A stretch of 64,000 nucleotides of DNA from Tubulanus polymorphus. Lineage: Eukaryota > Animalia > Nemertea. Location: NCBI RefSeq assembly GCF_964204645.1, contig NC_134031.1, positions 16,603,807 through 16,667,806 on the forward strand, in the 5' to 3' direction. Each line of letters opens with the position of its first letter. Position 1 is the stretch's first letter. Position numbers and translations under genes: made by a program. The notes beneath the pieces were generated by a model, which made no database searches, was not told the origin of the DNA, and saw nothing but the letters and a program-made list of their open reading frames with translations. Shown here in pieces: positions 57,901-64,000 of this stretch.

Positions 57901-58878
57901 AATTCCTTCCTTCCTCAGCAGGGATTGGAAACCAAAGCCTGTCTCAAGATCGTCAAGGCTTGAAACACCTGGGCTGGGTTTCATAGATATGGACGGAAAA
58001 TAGTCCCTAGGAACATTATTGAAATTTGTCAGTTTTAACCATGGTTTCTCATTTTAACTATGGTGGTTGTCACCCAGATTGAGGATTTACCCCTAGGGAT
58101 AACTTTGATACTCAGTCTATGAAACCTGGCCTTGGTTGTTGAGAGAATATTTGCAGTCTTGATGAATCATTCAGAGAATGTTTATTTTTCCAAAAAGTTT
58201 AACTGATCCATGAAAAACTCAGGGTCCTACTTATTACAGAGATGACACAAGTTACTGAGATGAACCAAGATGACATGAAATAACGTATTTTATTTTATTT
58301 TTGTAAATTTGCGTCATTCTAGTAATAAGTAGGACCGCAAACTCATGATGCATCAGGTTCCAATCCACAGAAAAATATAATGTATAAAATATCCTGCCTG
58401 GTGTGAAAGAGGATAAAAATATGATACGTCTACAAACCTTAACTAAAAGCTCCTCATTTTTTTCTTGCGGTGATAGAACGACTTCATCAGTCTGAGCAGC
58501 AATGTCAACAGCAGCCGTTTCTTTCGTCGTGATCAACGATAAGTTTGGGGAATTCGATCGAGGACTGCCGGAATCTCGTCGCAAAGACGACATCTTTCCA
58601 ATTTTTGACGCGGACTTACTGTCACAGTCGGACATTTGTTTATGTAAACCGGATTCATTTTTTACTCCGTCCACAACTGATAAGGATAATGACGAAGGAG
58701 ACGAAGAGTGGGAAGACGAAGTTCCCTTCGTCGAAGAGGAGATAGAAAGAAATGTTTTTCCGTCATGTTTCTTTCTAACGCGCGCATCTTTTCCTTCGTT
58801 GTCGGAATCGGCGCTGTCTTCATCCGACGAGTCGAGAATGATGATGCACTGCTGACGTTTTTGATTAGTTTTAGCCAT
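51956..58878 (-). CDS. DAXX: Death domain-associated protein 6 (H3.3 chaperone), about 1310 aa with a very long C-terminal region
   Basis: Exons 58438-58878, 56945-57838, 56289-56481, 55777-55903, 55293-55412, 55114-55201, 54602-54710, 54338-54409 and 51956-53856 join in frame. Features: N-terminal SIM (IIILDSSDED), helical bundle (NEELLVKF..IYVYIRDLVHELK), histone-binding domain (GSRRQIEKLE..LQEKELSLDDLD..FPDYHDV..AREAFTDIGDRLQKRR), acidic tract, C-terminal DPDEIIDISD. Confidence 0.93.
57969..58134. mobile_element. Palindromic MITE in DAXX intron 1
   Basis: ggctgggtttcataga...tctatgaaacctggcc. Confidence 0.6.
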
Positions 58879-58953
58879 CGATTTCTGCAGAGAAACGGCG
58901 CAACGAACTTATATAGATTCGTATTTTGAATTCCGGAATTCCCCACAAATAAA

Positions 58954-58964
58954 AAGATGGCGGC
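58954..58964 (+). promoter_or_regulatory. YY1-type motif AAGATGGCGGC about 80 bp upstream of the DAXX ATG
   Basis: Exact match to the YY1 consensus, within the roughly 950-bp gap between divergent DAXX and the Ig gene. Confidence 0.5.
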
Positions 58965-59827
58965 GGTATCGATCAATTCAATATAAATTAATCCATTTTA
59001 TTGAGAGTGGCAGCACTGTACGGTCTAGTGAATTGAATTGAATAAAGGTAGCTGTCAGAAAATACTCCCAACTGTATTGATTCATTTCCAATTGTTCGAA
59101 TCATGTTTAAATGAAGAAGTCGTTCTATGTTTGTGTGAAGAGGTTCGTATGTTTTGCTTTAGTTTTCATTCGACAAAAATTAAAAGTGAATTGTTTTTTC
59201 AATGGGGGCGAGAGGGAAGGAAGTGACTGAAAGGCGGTGAAAGAAAAGAATCGAATTTCATCTCAATTCTTATTCAGGCGGCTGAATGTATTCTGGTTTA
59301 TGAATAGTTATTCCGGATGACAAATTCTTTACAGGCCGCTCCTACAAGATTTTACAGAATGCTATTTCGGAATAGGTGTATGGTAGAAACGAACAAAACA
59401 ATAGAAACGAACGTACGGTACAGCTTAGAATAAAAGAAACATCGTTTACGTTTATTTTCCGTTTCGTTTGCATTTAAAACGGAAATCGATTGGCATTTTG
59501 GAACATCTTTTCAATTGGAACGATAACCAAGAACGCGATGCGTTCAACACGTAAACGATGCGCAATTTTCGTTAAGTTAATTCTAAGATGTACAGTAGGC
59601 CTACCAGAAGAGAATTCCCGAATCGGTAGGCCTAGAGACAAATCAAGACCTACCAAAATCTCTAGCAGTCACTTTTATCAGGTTAACAGATGACACTATT
59701 CGGGAATAGGTAGAGCGTATTCTAGTCGAAATGGATGCGGATGGATTGATCCGAAATCTGCCTGCTCAATTCATTTTTCACGAATAGCGGTTGATGTTTA
59801 TCAGTTTTACTTTCAGATTATTCAACG

Positions 59828-62800
59828 ATGAATGTGTTACCGTTTTATCAGTTGTCTCTTGTTATTCTGTCCGTGTATTATCAATTGGACAAAGCTGATG
59901 CAAAATTAAGTACGTGACATTTCTTACATGATTACAACAGCTATAGTCGATACGCACTGAATGGTCCTACTGCAGTTTAGGTCACCCTACCACCTATGGC
60001 TTGATTTTCCAGTGTCCTGACAGTATTCAATTGTTTTTGGGATACTAAACATTTAGATAGCCTAAAACAATCCCTTATACACTTCTAATTTTTTCCTGGA
60101 TTTTCTCAATTAAAAAACTTAGGCCTAAATCAAATTTAGTCTGGGCTACCGAACTTTGACCCGGGATACTGACGATGGATCTCATATCCAGCGAAGATAC
60201 TCTAAAATTGAGAGAAACCCACAATATCGATTTGAACAAATGTTGTTGTTTTTTTCGATAACAATTGTTTAAAATCGACATTGCGGTCTTCTCTCGATGA
60301 TATTCACGAAGATCAGAAATAGTCTGAACTATTTACAACCACGAAAAGAGCATGTATATATTTGATTTCAGATTTCGTAAAGGAACCGTTAAGTCAAGCA
60401 GTTATGATCGGTCACAGTTTGCGATTAGATTGCGTTGCTGTAGACTCATTAACCGCAAAGAGTGACTATATAACGTATGTTTGGTATTTCGGGAACCAGT
60501 CGATGATTCCGTCTGCCTCGATATTCGCCAATAATTCCCTGTATATCGCGTCTTTTCGATCGAGTCACTACGGAAGTTATCAGTGTACGGCAGGCACCAC
60601 ACAGTATAGTAACGAAACTCTGCAGAGTTCAGCAGCATCGATTATTGCTCCTTGTAAGTAAAATTATCATTGAAATTTCAGAACCAACTTTAGTTCACCT
60701 ATGGCCAGCAGGTGAGAGAACTCTAGTATCGACTGTGGCAATCCAGGATCCCGCCCTATCAAGGAATGGCTTCTTGTTCTAAAATCCTCAAATCGTGGTC
60801 ATGGTCCTCGAATAGCATATCCCTAGTATTACCTGAATACATTTAATACGTTTTTGTGGGGTCTAGTAATAATAGTCAGATGAATCAGCTCATCTTCCAT
60901 CTACACTGATTCTATTCCGATTCTAGTGAATGATGAATCATTGACTTCTATAAAGTCGAACATTTTATTACAAATTATCAACGATTGTTTTTCCTAAATT
61001 GTGTAGATTTGGATGATTTCGTCGTCGATCCGGTATCCATGACATCGAATGGTCGATCGTCTGCTGTTTTTACTTGTACGTCAGGTAGCAGCGCTCCGCC
61101 CCCTGTCATCACCTGGCGCAAAGACAACGAAACATTTACCTCCGGTAATATCGAGACCGCTATATACGGCGTTACTGGGCGAGGTGGCAGCCAACAAATG
61201 ACTAGTGGACTTCAGATAACTTCTTTTGTAAACGCATCGGGGCAGTATAGTTGTGCGGCTAAGAATCCACTCACAGGAGCTATTAAATATAGTCAGGCGG
61301 CTACGCTTATCATAAACTGTAAGTTCTTTCAGAATCGCGGTTCTTTTCTGCACTCTCTACTCACTTTCTGTTTCAAAATTTAACACATTCGCTGCCACTG
61401 TGAGTTGAAACGTACTTGGCAATAGAGCTATCAGCCTACATAGTCGTCCATAGTGAAATTCATAGTCCACTGACAAATGAGCATTGAGAATGAAGCTGAG
61501 TTTGTTTGCATTGCCAGCCAATCGGGTGTGCCAAAGTGTAAATATCTAACATTGAAGGATCAACTAAGAACTTACTCTCATGTGTTAAGATATTTTTGGA
61601 TTTTATGATATTTTTCAGTGTTAGTCGAAGCGCCTTCCTTGAAGAGCCAGCCGCCAAACGCGATTACTGCCGCTGCTAATCTTCCGTTTTCATTGAAGTG
61701 CTCGATAAGTGGATACCCGATTCCACAAGTTACGTGGCTGAAGAATAGCTCAATTTTGACGCCAGACGGTAACCGCATTACTTCTGATGCGAACTCGGGT
61801 CAGTTGCGATTTAAAACCCTCGACGAACAAGACACCGGTGTATATATCTGTAATGGATCTAATTCGCAAGGATCGGTCGCCTCATCCGGAACAAAACTAA
61901 CCGTTGCGAGTATGTATCCTTAAAAAGCAGTCTGTCAATTTTGTTACAGTATAGCGTTGATATTTTGTATCTTTCGAAAATTTCAGTAATTTACTCGAAA
62001 TTTATATTGGAGCCTTCGAACACGAGTGTTTTTGCTGGACAGCCCGTGTCGTTACAGTGCTCTCCTCCGTACAGCGTTCCAGCCGCTCAAGTCGTCTGGT
62101 ATAAATCGAATAATCCGTTCGCTCAGCGACCGGGAGAGTTTGCCGTCACCGTATTGAATACCGGTGATCTGTATTTCTCGAACGTTCAACAGTCCGACGA
62201 AGGGATGTATTCGTGCGTCGCGTTTAATGATAAAGCAGCCCCAACCACTCGCATGTCTAGATCAGCCTGGCTTACTGTTTCTGGTAAAGATGATAGTTTG
62301 CATTAATAACCATTGATGAAACACTCTGTCCATGTTGTGATGATGATGATATGAAATAGAAGAATGAAAAAATAGAGTCTGAAAAGTTTCATTGAGCTAG
62401 TAGGTTATTCAATGTTTCGACTACATATTGATAGTCATCTTCAAGAATGCTGATATTATAACAAATTATGAGATATTCAATCCAGAACAAATATACTACT
62501 CAAGGAAACTCTATTTTCTCAGTGTGGCATTTTATATTTTAAGTTTGCATCGAATTTGGATAGATCACCTATTTTTTATCGCCATTGATTTTATACTCGT
62601 CACGTTATAGGAGGGCCGAAGATTCTGGAGCCACCGGTTCCCGTGTCGGTTATCAAAGGCAGGTTATTACGACTGAAATGTAAAGTTGACGGTGAACCAT
62701 TCCCTACAGTTACATGGTTCAAGGATAGCCAAAAACTCAATCCCGATTTTCGTATAAATTTAAGGTAATTTCATCACTATCACTCGATATTTTCACCAGA

Positions 62801-63844
62801 ACTTAAAAAATGAATTATCATGTTGATTCCTGCTGTTTCTCATTGTAGCATGCGAAATCAAGAATTACTAATCAACGTTGTCGATAAAGTTGACGAGGGA
62901 ATTTACGTCTGCCAAGCGACAAATAAGTTCGGTACAAGTAAAAGTCAACCGGCGAAAGTGAATGTGATTGGTAAAATAGTCATTACGTGTATCATACTTT
63001 GAGTTGTATCAGTTTCTACTGAACGGTATTCTAAATTGATGATATGATCCCATTTCAGTACCGGTCGCTATCCTCCAGTCTGTCGCGAGTGTTACCGTCA
63101 ATGAAAGCCAACCGGCTGTTTTAAAGTGTATCGCGTATTCTGATCCGGGACCGGTCATCACCTGGTTGAAAGGTATCATTTCATACATTACTCGTATTCT
63201 GATGGTATATCCATCGATTTATTCGCATATCTTTTAATATTTCTAGATGGTCAAGTTATTACGTATACTGAACACATACAGAAAGTAGCGGAAGGCTTGT
63301 ATATAAAGAAAGCTGTCGCAGGAGATGCTGGAACGTATACCTGTCAGGTTTCCAACCCGGCTGGCATGAAAAGTTCGCATGCAGTTCTCACTGTGTACAG
63401 TAAGTTCGAAAAACGTTACGTTATATCTTGATGGCTTCCATCAACTTCATCTTGTTTAAATTGTATGAATATGTCCTTGTATTCTTTACAGCTAAACCGC
63501 AGTTTACGGAGACTTCATTGGAAAATGTTGTCAATGTTTCTGATACCGTTGTTTTATTGTGTAAAGCTAAAGGTGTTCCTGTACCTTCTATTCAGTGGTT
63601 TTATAATGTAAGTATATTGTCCTATCGTTTTAAAGATTCGTTCATTTATCTGCATTTTGTCCGCATAAAGAATACATTCTTTCTTTACAGGGCTCTAGAC
63701 TGATATTGAAAGATATGAAATTCTCGAGTAATAACTCTGTGGTAACGATCAACTCAATAAATATCCATCAAACTGGAGTTTACAAATGTATTGCCAATAA
63801 CTCATTAGGACGTGCTGAAAAATCTGGATTTCTTAAAGTTCAAG
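59828..63844 (+). CDS. Multi-Ig (I-set) domain secreted/cell-surface protein (hemicentin/Robo/DCC/DSCAM-like), 5' part with at least 7 Ig domains; continues beyond the window
   Basis: Signal-peptide exon 59828-59909, then exons 60372-60653, 61007-61318, 61619-61909, 61987-62283, 62611-62764, 62849-62970, 63059-63172, 63247-63399, 63492-63607 and 63691-63844 with C..W..(D)xGxYxC Ig motifs. Confidence 0.88.
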
Positions 63845-64000
63845 GTTAGTACATTCTTTAAATACTCTACCGATTACAGAATGTTCTTCTGGCGCCTTTG
63901 TTACGCTCTACCTATTCGGGAATAGCATAATCTGTAAACCTACTGGAAGGCCGGTAGAGATTTTGTAATCCTGTATTGCTATTCCTAGATCGGAATACGG

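Overview
Intron-rich, AT-rich animal genomic DNA, most consistent with an invertebrate (probably lophotrochozoan; this is inferred from gene content, not proven). I rebuilt spliced genes by hand from GT-AG sites and codon phase. In order: the 5' part of a Ca2+-binding mitochondrial carrier (SCaMC, minus), head-to-head with FAM102/EEIG1 (plus); an 18-exon Raw homologue (two nucleoside-deoxyribosyltransferase-like domains plus EF-hand-like segments, minus); a cluster of six intronless rhodopsin-type GPCRs; an ankyrin/SOCS-box gene head-to-head with a p67phox/NoxR-like gene lacking SH3 and PB1; a secreted C-type lectin; and a very long DAXX with many SIM-like motifs, head-to-head with a multi-Ig protein that runs off the window. 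In the GPCR cluster, one copy is nested in raw intron 1, one is frameshifted, two form an inverted pair, and there is an extra relic fragment. Non-coding DNA carries many short TIR elements (piggyBac-, Harbinger-, Tc1/pogo- and hAT-like), a 1.3-kb foldback element with an 8-bp TSD, and a 530-bp purine-only tract. No CRISPR, rRNA or intact tRNA was seen. Family assignments come from recognised motifs, not database searches.
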